DNA of 64,000 nt, taken from Vitrella brassicaformis CCMP3155. Its lineage: Eukaryota; Protista; Chromerida. The stretch is from the NCBI GenBank assembly GCA_001179505.1, contig CDMY01000267.1:78224-142223 (forward strand), given 5' to 3'. Below are positions 11,246 through 23,240 of this stretch, one piece after another. Each line of letters begins with the position of its first letter. The stretch's first letter is position 1. The position numbers and the translations under genes are program-made. Under the pieces are notes generated by a model. That model was given only the letters and a program-made list of their open reading frames with translations, was not told the DNA's origin and ran no database searches.

Positions 11246-14200
11246 CTAGAGTAGCGTCACGAGCACGATAGCAATGGCACACAGAGGAGACAGGGCAACG
11301 AGCAGGGGGAGAGGGAAGATGTCATCGTCGCACCAATTGATGTTCCACACACTCAACGTCCTGCACACAAACAAACCGACAGAGAGACACACAAGTATAG
11401 AATTTCCCGCCGTGCAGCTAGGGTTCCTTACGGTGTGCTGAGCGCCATGAGCAGCCGCCTGTGTGCGGCCTTGATGCCCTCCCCAATGTAGATGACGGCC
11501 GGCATCCGGCTCAGCTGCACTGCCCACGCCGGCAGCTGCCACTGGGGAAACGTGAAGTCTATCAGCTCGAAGTTCGGCCGCACCTACGCGCAGAAACGGA
11601 AACCATGCGTGGAACCAACATACATATCTACCCACCCGCTCCTCCACACACCCATGGCCCGGATGACATACCTCTCTGTTTGCGAGGAGGTGCAGGTTCT
11701 TGTCCAATGTCCAGCATGACAGCACGTCGGCCACGACTCGTGCGCCCATGACGACCACCAGCCGCACCACGCCCTCCCACCAGGAGAACATCACCAGCCA
11801 GAAGAGCACTATCAGCACCAAGGTCACCGTCAAGGCCGCCATCGAGGACAGCAGCGCTACCTGGATGGTCGACTGGCGCAGCAAAATGTCGAAACCCTCC
11901 TGGTGGTCGAGTGCGGTGGTACTCGACGCAGCCACAGCCAGCTGGAAGCTTCCCGTCCGCCGCCAGTCGCCTGTGTCTCCGTTGCGATCGCCCTCTGTGG
12001 GCAATGGTGGTGATGCCGATATGACGGCCAGCATGGCTGCCACATCCAGGATATTCGCCCAGCGAGCCAGGCGGTCCTCCCTCCCCCTCAGCGGCCTCGC
12101 CCCTGCTGTCGGCGTGCTCAGCTGGCCGCCCACCGAGTCGGCCTTTGTGTCCCCCTCTGTGCCCCCCTTGTCGGTGGGTGTGGGTCGGAATCGTTTGGGC
12201 AGCATGAGTGTGACGGTGGTGGCGAAGACAGAGGGTGTGCGGGTGAGCCGGTCCGCGACTGAGAGCGGCGGCAGGTATCGGTAGGGTGGGAAGGACGGCA
12301 GCAGGCCGCCGTGGGTCTTGAAGGGGTTAGAGGGAGGGGGAGGGCGGGGGTAGTGATCGAACTTGAGCTGCCATTACCACACACACACACACACACACAC
12401 ACATGCCAAGACATACCCGTATAGACTGAATCGGTGAGTGTGGCGGGATTGGGGGGAACCGACCCGGGTAGCGATCAGATGCGCGAAGAACACCTCAGAC
12501 AGAAGGTGGGAGACAATGGCAGCCAAAAACACGAAACCTGACCAGTGCAACATGCACACCTTCAGATGAGCCTATGACGGCACGCAGTCTCCTTGTCGGC
12601 CTGTGAGGTACCTCACCTCCAGTCGGCAGAAACAGAGCAAGCGCTACTGGTACCTCAATGAAGGGGAACAGGAACCGCAGCAGGTCCAAATACAAGACGA
12701 AGTGGTCCAACCCTTTGGACTCCTTGGTGCTCTCCTCCCCCCACTGTCCGTCGTCCCCCTCTCCCAACTCCCTCCCAGACGCCACATGCACCGCCGGCAC
12801 GGCACCCGGCGCGGGGCAGCTATCGCCGAAACAGAGGCTGGCGAACATAGGTGGGAGGTAGCTGCTCTTCCGCTGCACCGATGGCTGCCGGCCCTGTGCA
12901 TCGCCCGCCGCCTTGGAAGGAATCTCAGGGTCGCTGCCACCGCCCTCCCCCTCTCCGTCCATGTCCTCGTCCATCAGCAGCTGCGCCGCTGCCGCACCGG
13001 GGGTCGGCTCCTCTGTCGGCAGTGCACCGAGCGGCTCTTCCTGCCTTGCCTTGGGGGTGCCCTCGGAGATGCTGTTCTTGCACCACATCATCCTGGGCAG
13101 CGGCCTCTGCACGACATGCTGCTGCTGCTGTTGCTGCGAAGAGGAGCTCTCCGCCGGCCGGTCCCAACCCGCTCTCTCTCTGCGCCTTCTGACCGGCGGC
13201 CCTGCCTGAGCTGCACTGATGAGGGCCGCGTTGAGGCGTGCCGGGTTGATGGGGAGGTGGACCTTGAGGGTTGCTCGGAGTGCTGGGGGGGGCGCGGCAA
13301 TGAGACCATAGGCGAGGAAATGGGCCAGGAAGAGGCGGGCGACCAGGCGGAGGAGGGGGCAGACGATGACGTAGAAGATGCGGTGGAACAGGATCGACCA
13401 CGAGCTCATCATGTGCTGGAACATGAGTTGGACACCATCCATTCATTCTGTCTCTGGTTCTTTCTTTGTCTTACGTCGTCGTCGATCATGTAGGTGCTGA
13501 GTCGGTAGCAGACGGTGATGCCCACCCCAACGGCCGATGCGTAGAGGAAGGCCCCCATGTATGCGAACGTCATGGCCATCATCCACGGCCGGCTCCTCCA
13601 GAACCACCGCCACACGCGCCACCGCACGTTGAGCCACGCCTGCCGAATAGAGCTACACGACTGACCGCACATCTGAACACACACACACACAAACAGAAGA
13701 CGACAAACACATCCTTTCCGCCCTCAGCCATCCCATCAGGTCAATCCTACCCGTTGCCTGGCCCCTTGATGGTCCGATTGCTCGCGAGGCGTTGTACTGG
13801 CTGGATCATGTTGCAACTCCTCGCCCCACACCCCCTCTCTGTTGACCAGCACACGTGAGGGGTTCTTCCACCCAAACACCGAGTAGAAGGTCCGGCACTC
13901 GTAGAAGAGCTCCCGCCAGAAGAGACAAACGATGAGGCATGATACACAGAAGAACGCCGACGGGCCGGAGGGGGACACCGGCGGCGCAGGCGGCAGTGTG
14001 TCTGCCCTTGACAGCAGGGAGGAGAGCGATGTGCCTATCTGGAGGCCGTGGAAGAGACCGATATGGTAGCGGTACGTCAGAGTGAGGAACATGTAGACGG
14101 TGAGGAAGAGCAGAGAGAGGCCCCAGAACTTGAGGGCGAAGTCACGGAACTGCCGGTCGTCCTTGAGCAGACACCGATGGTCCAACTGACGAGGGAGAAG

Positions 14201-14744
14201 GTAACGCCCGTCAAGACGAGAAGGGAAGTGAGTGCATTTCTTTTCTCTCCCCCGCCACCCATTCATTCCATTGACCCACCTCACCCAGGTGCATTCGAGT
14301 ACAAATGTGGTCGTTTCTGCCAGAAGGTAGCACAGGCCGAACCCCACGGGCATCGAAGGAATGATCAGGAACACCACCAGCAGCAGCAGGAAGAATACCA
14401 TCCCAGCCGTCGACTTCAGCAAATTGGCACCTGCGCAACGGACAACCAACCCACACACAACCCACACGACTCATCATTTCGGGTCCATCCATCCATCCAC
14501 CCATTTATCCATCTCCTTTGGTCCTACCGGTCACGTATACCACGTAGCGCCTGAGCGACCTGGAGCAGAACTCGGCGGCCATGCGTGCAGCCCGCCTCAG
14601 CGGCACGCCAACGGCTCGAACGAGCTTCTGCCACCAAGTCTCCTCCCCGCCGGCCTCGGGCGCCCGCACGCCTGCCGACGACTCCCGAACGGGCGACCCC
14701 GAGCGAAAGCTTCCATAGCGAGGGCGAAGCAGCTCTGAGCTCAT
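11246..14744 (-). CDS. Multi-pass membrane protein of unknown function, multi-exon
   Basis: Successive minus-strand exons carry many hydrophobic segments (MVFFLLLLVVFLIIPSM, FWGLSLLFLTVYMFLTL, ILFHRIFYVIVCPLL, LTVTLVLIVLFWLVMFSW, LPLLVALSPLCAIAIVLVTLL*), separated by microsatellite introns. Confidence 0.7.
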
Positions 14745-14856
14745 CCTCTATCTCCTTCAGGGGCTGCTGGGCAACCTTCAAAACCGCAACAGACCCCCAA
14801 GCTCGGACTGGCAAAGAGAGGGGTTCGCAACCCTGCGAGCCAACGCGGAAATTTCG

Positions 14857-15946
14857 ATGGAGAAGAAGGAGATGGAGGGAGGCGACGAGGGAGCTGGGGA
14901 GGCCCTCAGATGCATCACTGAGAAGGTGCAGTCGCTGGATGGAGAGTTGCAGCCCCTCAGCGGGCAGATTGTGACCGCGGCGCAGGACGTCGCCACCCAG
15001 GTGCAGCAATGCATCCACCAACACCAACACATCGTAGCAGGTGGGTGCCCACACCAACACACAAACGCAAATAGATGCATTGCATCCATCCCTTCTGCCA
15101 TTTCATCTCATCTGCTGTCGTCACCATACCATCAGGTGCGCGTGAGAAGTTGTCGGTGTTGTCGGCTGAGGTAGCGGTAAGGGAGGAGTCGTTGACGGCG
15201 GCGAGCGAGCGTCGTGAGGCGGCCATGCGTGAGGAGGCCGATAGTAAGGCACGGGAGGCCGCGGCGCTGGAGCAGCGGCGGGATGCCGAGGGCGCCCGTG
15301 TGGATGGGCTGCACAAGGAGCTCAAGCATTACCAGGCCAAGATGGACAGACTCAAGGACAAAGAGAAGAAGGAAACCGAACACAAACGGTACGTGGGGTG
15401 GGGCTCACCTCATCAATAAAGGGGGAGGGAGGGAGGGAGGGAGAGGGGCACATCAAGGGCCAAAAGTGGAATGGGTTGGGTGCGTGTGCTGTGTTGTTGT
15501 GGGCTGTGTGAAGGATGAAGGTGTACATGTACGACGTGATAACCAAGATGCGGTGGGGCAATGAGTTCCTCATGACCCCACAGCAGCTACAGGACAAACA
15601 CATCGAAGCCATTCGCGGATGTACACCACTCACTCACACACGGACACAAACAGACACCACACATGGACATGAACCCATTCCCCGCCTGTCTGTGTGTGTG
15701 TGTGGCTGCCGTCCCATGTCAGGGGGTGCGTTTGAGAAGGGCCAGCAGGTGAGCAGCAGCACCAGCAGCAGCAGCGCGGGTGCCAGCGGCACCTTGGTGT
15801 CGGTGCTGCCGTCACTGTCGAGCACCCTGCCCGAGCTGGCCCTCATCAAGCTCCCCGCCCACCTCTCGGAGCGCGAGATGTCCGACCGCATCTGGGACGT
15901 CGTGTGCGACAAAAACATTCCACAATCATTCAAAACCAACACTTAG
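14857..15946 (+). CDS. Coiled-coil protein with Spc24-like C-terminal domain (Ndc80 kinetochore complex subunit, putative)
   Basis: N-terminal coiled coil, then MYDVITKMRW...IRGW...LIKLPAHLSEREMSDRIWDVV. This resembles by eye the Spc24 pattern LY..VSKIEW..VKG..IHLD..LS..FISDYLWSLV. Confidence 0.55.
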
Positions 15947-16581
15947 CTTAGCTAGAAAGAAGGTGGTGGGCGATGGAGGCAAGCGGGACTAGTACATAGC
16001 ATCCATGTGTGTGCGGGGTGGGGTGGGGGATGGCTGGCTGTTCGGTGTGCTGGGTCGGGTCATTTTGTACAGCTGGGATGGATGGATGGATTGATGGACG
16101 CCTGCATGTGGCACACACACATGACACGGACGGTCGTTGAACAGAATCGACACACGGCGAGATAGAAAGCCGACACGAACAGACAGAAGGATAGGTCCAA
16201 TTAACGCAAATATGCACGATAACACACACCGAGTCAGTGCGCACCACAACAGACAGTGAGTGCACACACGCAGGCAGAAAGGCACGCAGCAGGGAGGCAG
16301 GGAGGAAGTACCCATAAAAGAAGCAGGGCCACACCATCGATCCACACGTGGGCGGCTGGCAGGGAGCACCATCCATCGCACTGTTTATATTTCTATCCAC
16401 ACCTCTCATCTCATGAGTGCACGAGAACATGCAGCCATCCATCCCATCCACCTGTCCAGCAACCCACCGCCACCGTCCCATATCGTACGACTGACTGACC
16501 GATAATAAAAACAGCATAAACGCAGACATCTCATCTCACACACATGAATGACCAACGACACGCAAGTCACGTCACGTCACG

Positions 16582-18282
16582 TCACGTCAAGGGCAAATAG
16601 TCCATCTCCCTGCCGGTCCACCCATCCTCCGGCATCCCCACACACCGCCGCACGGTCGGGCGAAACACCTCGGGAGGCTCGCGTGCATCGAGGACCACCA
16701 TCTCTTCCCCCAGCCGTCTCGCCTGCACAACCGCCCTTGGCTGCTGACTACCCAGGCCGCCTCTCTGCTGTGACTGCCGCGCGGCGATCGCATCCAGCCT
16801 CTTCATCACGGCCACGAGCCACTGCCGGATGCCATCGTGGTCCAGACAGCGCCACGCAAACGTGTGTGCGGCTCTCCCCAGCCGCATGGCAATGTCTTCA
16901 TGCTCTCGCAGCCATGTGATCTTGGCCATGAGCTCTTCAGCTGTGGCGAAGGGCACGAGAACGCCGTGGCGCTTCAGTAGGGGCGAGTAGAACTGATGTG
17001 ATTCGTAGGCCCTCTGGTGCTGCAGCACCACGCCTCCGGAGAGCAGCAGCAGCCGAAGTCGTGTTGACCAGGGGCCGACGCCAGGGAGGTCCACCAGGTA
17101 CCGGTGCTGGAATAAGAGCTCCTGCCACTTGTCGAAGGGCACGGGATTCTTCCGGCAGATCAAGTCAGACGGACACCCATACTCACTGCTCACACACACG
17201 AGAGAGCGAGAGAACGACAGAAACGCAGACACCACCATGTGTTGTCTATCGAAAAGTTGTCCTTCGTGCTTGTCTTACCTCTCCAGCAGTCGGGCATGTT
17301 TGGTGCAGTTGATCTTGTCAGCATCCGACACGTAGAAGGTGGACGCCTGGTGCGGCTCCTCGGGAAGAGCGAACACGTCACACGCCATCCGCAGCCGCAA
17401 GTGCTCCGTGAAACGGCCGACGAAGAACGCCCCACCCCCTCGCTCCATCCACACGGACTCAAAGCTCTTGGCTGACAGGAAGTCACGCACCTTAGCCTCC
17501 TCATGGTTGTTGTGCTGCAGGTATGGCACCGCAGCCACATCCCAGTTGAGGGCGGACGATGACGTCGAGACCAGGAGGGCGGGGTGGTGCGGGCCAGGGG
17601 AGAGGGTGTAGAAAGAGCTGTTGGCTTGGCATCGCTCGGTATAGGGGGCCATGCCCCGCCAGATCTTCTGGCAATCGTCCAGCTGCACGGCGAATTCCAC
17701 CGTCAGGTTAGCGCCGCTGCCTCTCGCGTACTCGAGTGCCGATGCCAGTCGGGTCAGGAAGTCGAGAGCGCCGTCCTCCTTGATTTTGTCCGACGACCCG
17801 TGAGGCATCGGCCGACAATAGAGCTGCCCGTCACGAACACTCAGACGCATCAGGGTGTTCCTGTGGAACGACAGCTGCAGGGCGTTGTCGGCAAGCCCAG
17901 TGAGCATTGGCAGGCCGCCGCCTCGGCTCCGCGCCGCTGCCTCCAGTTGAGTCAGCGACGTGCTGTCATCGAGCACTTCCTCCCAGTATCTGCTGCAGTG
18001 GTCGGCCAGCAGGTCGCCGTCATGCAGCCGCCCCTCGAATGCCTCAAAGGAAGCCAAGTCGACGGGGGCGTCATGAAAGCCACCGCGGTAGGGCTGAGGC
18101 GCATTCTGTGTGACAGAGCTCCAGCCATCCGATTCGGTCCAGCGCTGCTCCGTCGACTGGTGGCGCAGTACGCGGTAGCTGAAGAGAACCACTGTGGTTC
18201 CGCCCAAGAAGACGCATATACAGAGGGTCTGGAGGTAGAAGGAGAGGGAGGCTGAATGGGAGCCGGTCACGCCGATCATCAT
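16582..18282 (-). CDS. Glycosyltransferase family 90 (CAP10/KDELC-like), type II membrane protein, two exons
   Basis: N-terminal TM (FYLQTLCICVFLGGTTVVLFSY). GT90 C-terminal motifs HRYLVDLPGVGPWSTRLRLLLLSGGVVLQH and ITWLREHEDIAMRLGRAAHTFA. Confidence 0.8.
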
Positions 18283-18478
18283 TGCTGCAGTTGAGACGAC
18301 AGCCGAGACCGAAAATGAGACATTGTCAAAGCGGCTGTCGCTTGTTGTCCTTGGGTCCGTTCAGATCATTCAAAGGCCGTATACAAGTTGGAAAAGGCTG
18401 CAAGCCGCTTCAAGCGCGCACAACAGAAATAGTCCGAAATAAAATGAGCTCAAAACAGATGTGGCAAACAGACGTAGG

Positions 18479-21400
18479 ATGGGGTTCTTCCTCTTCGTGG
18501 CAACGGCAGTTGCACTGCTGTGCGGCACATGCGTCCGAGGCAGAGCCATCGCAGGAGGTCAGCCGTTGGCGCACACACACACGACATTCACCCCTGTGTG
18601 CCCTCACTCTCTCTCTCTCTCCTGTGTTGTGTGTCCTGCCTGTCCTGCCTGCCTTCAGGGTCATGTGTGCGTTCAGGCCATCGGTTCACGTCTGGCAGCC
18701 TCATCGAGTCGCTCCCCCTCACGGCCCTGCCCAACTACACACACACGTGCCAGCCCAGCCCGGACAACCTCTTCCACAGCACCTGCCACTCCCTCTGCCA
18801 CCGCCACTGCCACGCACACCGCATGTGCCGCGGGTTCACCTTCATCGACTTCCCTTCGGCCGCCACATGTGAGCTGCACTCGGAGTCCGATGAGGTGGAG
18901 CCCAACCCATTCGCTTTCTTCGCACCCATGAACTGCTCCTTGATGGAAGACTATGACGTGCCCTGGCCACTAGCAGCCACGACGCTGGCGAAACGATACC
19001 CGGATGTGGCCGAAGGTAGAGAGAGAAATGCGTGGCCTGTGTGTGCATATCCATCGATGGATGGACGTATGTGTTTCTCTTTGTTTGTGGTGAGTGAGTG
19101 CAGGCAGTCTTCTGGTGCCTGTCGGTATCCCAGCACAGCCGGCCCCCGACGCTCATCCAACCTTCTCGCGTGTGACGGAGGGTGCGGGGATCTATCAGCC
19201 GCCCGCACACACCGACCTCAGCCTGCCCATCAGCACCAACAAGTTCTGGACGCACCTGATCATCGGCGACGGCATGACGCCCATCTTCCCGATGCCCTAT
19301 GCGCTGCAGCTGGAGGTGGCCGATGACGGCCATGGCACCACCAGCTATCAGGTCAAGGTGTCGCAGAGTGGTGCCAGTGTGGAGGGCAAGGGGCGGCTGA
19401 GGGAGGAAGGCAGAGTCCAGTACTACTACAATCCCGTCCTTCGGGACATCGCAATAGGTAGGGAGGGAGGGGGGGACACACGCGCCAGAGAACAACTCAC
19501 TCGCTCACATTTCTCCACATGTGTGTGTGCAGGTGCCATTGAGCCCATCGACGGTTTTGCGGTGACCAGCGAGTCGCTGCTGGGCGCCACCCTCTCCCTC
19601 CGCCACAACGGCCTCGCGCGCGTGGACCTGCCCATCACACAGGGCATGGCATACGTGTCGGCCCGCTACACCGGCAGCACCCCCCGCCTCTCCACACAGC
19701 ACGCCATCGTCGAGGTGGTGGACGAGGGCGGGGGGGTGGGGCACCTGAAGCTCACCAACGGGCAGGAGTGGCGGCTGTACGTGCTGCACTTCGACGGCAG
19801 TCCACAGGAGGGATACGTGTGGGAGAGGGAGGCGCCTGTGGGTGGGGAGGGGGAGGGGGAGGGGGGCGAGCAGCGGGTCAGCAGCGTGCTGTTGTGGGGC
19901 GAGAGGGTTTTCTCGGGCATGGTGAGGGCCGCGCTCATCACCAAGCCCTCAGAGAGGGCCGTCTTCGATGCACACGCAGGTAGGTCAATGACACGGGAGA
20001 GAAAGACTGCACACCGGCTGGCCGCATCTGTCTTGTCTGTCTGTCAATCCATGGCCATCAGGTACATGGGTGGTGGGTGGTGGCATCGAGGTGCCCGAGT
20101 CGGATGACGGCAAGACCTACCAGTTCCGCTGGACCATCGAGGGCAAGAAGAACGAGCAGGCCCTCCACTTCGCCCTCCCCCACCACATGGACATCCTCAC
20201 CGACCAGACCGAGCGCACAGACATCACCCTCCAGTCGCAGACAAAGGGCGTCATGACAGCCGTCCTGGGCAATGTGTGGACGATGGAAGAGCCCGACCAG
20301 CACCAGCTGCCCTTCATATTCCGGACGCGCAGCATCGACGACTACTACCAGAAGGAGATCAGGGAGGTGCTTGCTCGTGAGGTGGATGCCTTTGACATCC
20401 GGGCCGAGACGCAGCGGGGCAGCTGGTACCTCTCGGGCAAGGGCATGCAGAAACTCGCCTACATGTGCCTCGTGGGCTTTCGACTCGACGGCAGGTCAGT
20501 GAGCACTCCACACTGCAACACATCACACACACAGCGGAGATCACCTTCCATGGGCGTATCGTATGCAGAGACGGCGATTTGACCCAGCGGTGTGTCAAGA
20601 AGCTCCGGGCCGCCCTGGACTGCTACGTCACGCGGAAATGCAGCGGCCCCGTGGCACCACGGCTGCTCTATGACGTGTCGTGGGGCGGCCTCGTAAGCGC
20701 TGCCGGGGCGACGGGCGGGCCAGACGGACTACTCGCAGACTTTGGAAACGCCGCCTACAACGACCATCACTATCAGTTCGGGTACTTCATCCTCTCGGCT
20801 GCAGTGCTGGGGTTCCTCGACGAGCAGTGGCTCACCCGGCCCGCCAATGTGGACTTCGCCAACACTTTGGTCAGGGATGTGGCCAACCCGTCGGCGAGCG
20901 ACTCGTGGTTTCCGCTGTTTCGTGCCCTGGACTGGTATCACGGCCACTCGTGGTCGAGGGGCATCTTACCGTCCATCCATGGCAAGGACCAGGTGGGGGA
21001 GGGAGCGAGAGCATCTGTGGGCGTGAGAGGTTGTGTGTGGTTTGTGTGCAGGGGTCGATAAGTGAGGAGGTGAATGCCTTTTACGGCATCTACATGTGGG
21101 CGCATGTGACGAAGCAGTGGAGCCTCAAGCGTGTGGCGCGACTCATACTCAATGTCAACGCGTAAGTGCATCGCATCGATGACTGAGCGACTCATCCACA
21201 GAAAGGAGTTGTGCAAGTGAATGTCTGTGTGTGGCAGCCGGTCCCACCAACACTATTTCCTGTTGGACAAGGACAACGAGAACCACCCCAGCGATTTCGT
21301 CAAGAATAAGGTGGTGGGCCTGCTGTTCGAGAACAGGGCCGACTACACCACCTGGTTCGGCGATAACGCCACCTTCATCCACGGCATTCACATGCTGCCC

Positions 21401-22673
21401 CTCACACCGGCACTCCTGCTCTCACGCACAGAGCGATTCACCATCGAGGTCAGTCAGGGTGGGTGAACAGCATATGGATGGATGGATGGAAGTGTGTGTG
21501 GATTCCATGCAGGAGTGGGATTCCATCCTCAAGACCCATTCTGCCGGTGTCGGTCCCACCGACCCGTGGAGGTCCATCATACTCGCCGGGGGCCTCGCAT
21601 TCGTCGACAAGTCAGCCGACCCTTGACACCCCCGCAATCCGCCCATCGCTAAGTCAATGTATGTGGCTGTCTGTCTGTCTTTCTATCAGGGCTGCCGCGT
21701 ATGCCGCCCTGAAGGCTCCGTTACAGGCCCTCGATGACGGGCTCTCGCGAGCATGGGCACTCTTCTGGACTGCCGCTGTGGGCAAGGGTACACTTGCCTT
21801 GCCACTGGATTGATGAACACTCACTGCCACATTTTGTGTGTGTCGCCATCAGACCGCCTTGCCCCCCCTACTGCCGACACCGCGACCACAGCTGCAGCGG
21901 AGAAGCCGTCCAAAGCTCCTCCCAAGGGCCCGCAGTGCTCCCCAGATCCGGCGATCACGGCTGAGGTGTGTTCGTCCCTCCCTCTCGAGAAGGGCGAGTC
22001 GGTGCGGTTCGACGCCTCCTGCAAGGGGGGCATGCTGGGCTGCTACGCACAGGGCAAAGCCTGCTGCAGATACTGCGACACGGGCGACTACGAGTCCATC
22101 CCATGTGATGACGCCGCATCGGCATCGGCCATGCAGGTGTCCCAGCCCCCCGCCCCGTCAACACCCCCGTCAACACCCGCACCCCTTCCACCATCCTCCT
22201 ACGCGCCCGTCGAGACGCCCGGTGTGTGTGAGGAGAACCTCACCGTCACACCTGAGGTGTGCGAGGCTCTCAGCGGCGCCCTCAGGGAGGACGAAAGAGT
22301 CACACACAAGGTGCGCTACGACGCCTCTTGCAGAGGGGGTGTGTTGGGGTGCTATGCGTCCGGGCAAGCCTGCTGCCGATACTGCGAGGGGGACGGGGCC
22401 TTCGCGTCCGTCGAGTGCGGCGAGTCTCAGGGCGCGAGATTGCCGCCGCCTCGGTGCAAGGCCGATCCCGCAGTGACGCCCTACACCTGTGACGACCTGG
22501 CGCTTGGCGGGGAGGGTGACAGGGAAAGGGTGGTGTTCGATCCTGGGTGCGATGTCAACAAGAGGGGCTGCTTTGCAAAGGGACAGGCTTGCTGCCGCTT
22601 CTGCGAGTCTGGGACGTTCCAAGACATTCCCTGTGTGGCCAACATGACGACTGGTCTGTCACGTGCAGCTTGA
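18479..22673 (+). CDS. Secreted GH81 endo-1,3-beta-glucanase-like protein: signal peptide, PAN/apple-like domain, GH81, three Cys-rich repeats
   Basis: Signal MGFFLFVATAVALLCGTCVRG. GH81 motifs PISTNKFW, YNDHHYQFGY, DWYHGHSWSRG, GKDQ|GSISEEVNAFY, KVVGLLFENRADYTTWFG, FIHGIHMLPLTP. Three C-terminal GC...ACCR[YF]C repeats. Confidence 0.92.
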
Positions 22674-23240
22674 AACATGGGAGCTGGCCGATTGTGTGTC
22701 GTGTGTGTGTTGCTGTGTCCATGCAGCGTCCCCCCCTACGGCTGCCTCTGGGCTGGTGCTGGAGACTGCACGCCTCGAGCAATCACAGCAGTCGGCAGCA
22801 GCCGTCCCCCAGCTGATCAGCAATGTACCACGCCGGCGGCCACCCCAGCGATCTCGGCAGTCAGCACCGGCACGGCAAACGACGGGAGAGGAGCTGCATT
22901 TAGGGTCGTCAGTCTCACTGCGATGGAGGAGGCGGAAGGAAGGGCAGCATTCAGCATGACGGACGTGTGGTGTGGGTGTGGTGTGCGGTGGTGCATCCAT
23001 CGTGTACACTAGCTAGTAGTACGTGTGAGTGAGATGGTACACTTACATCTGCCTGGTGCGTGTGTGTGTGCATGCGTGTGTGCGTGGTTAGAGGAGTGCG
23101 TCACTCACTGACGAGGGCATGAAGGCAGGGAGGGGTGGATGCGTTGATGCACATCACTTGGATGGACAAGACAGACAGACAGACAGACGGCTGCATGGTA
23201 ATGCCTGGTTCGGGTACCCAATTCACTGCCTGCTGTGAGC

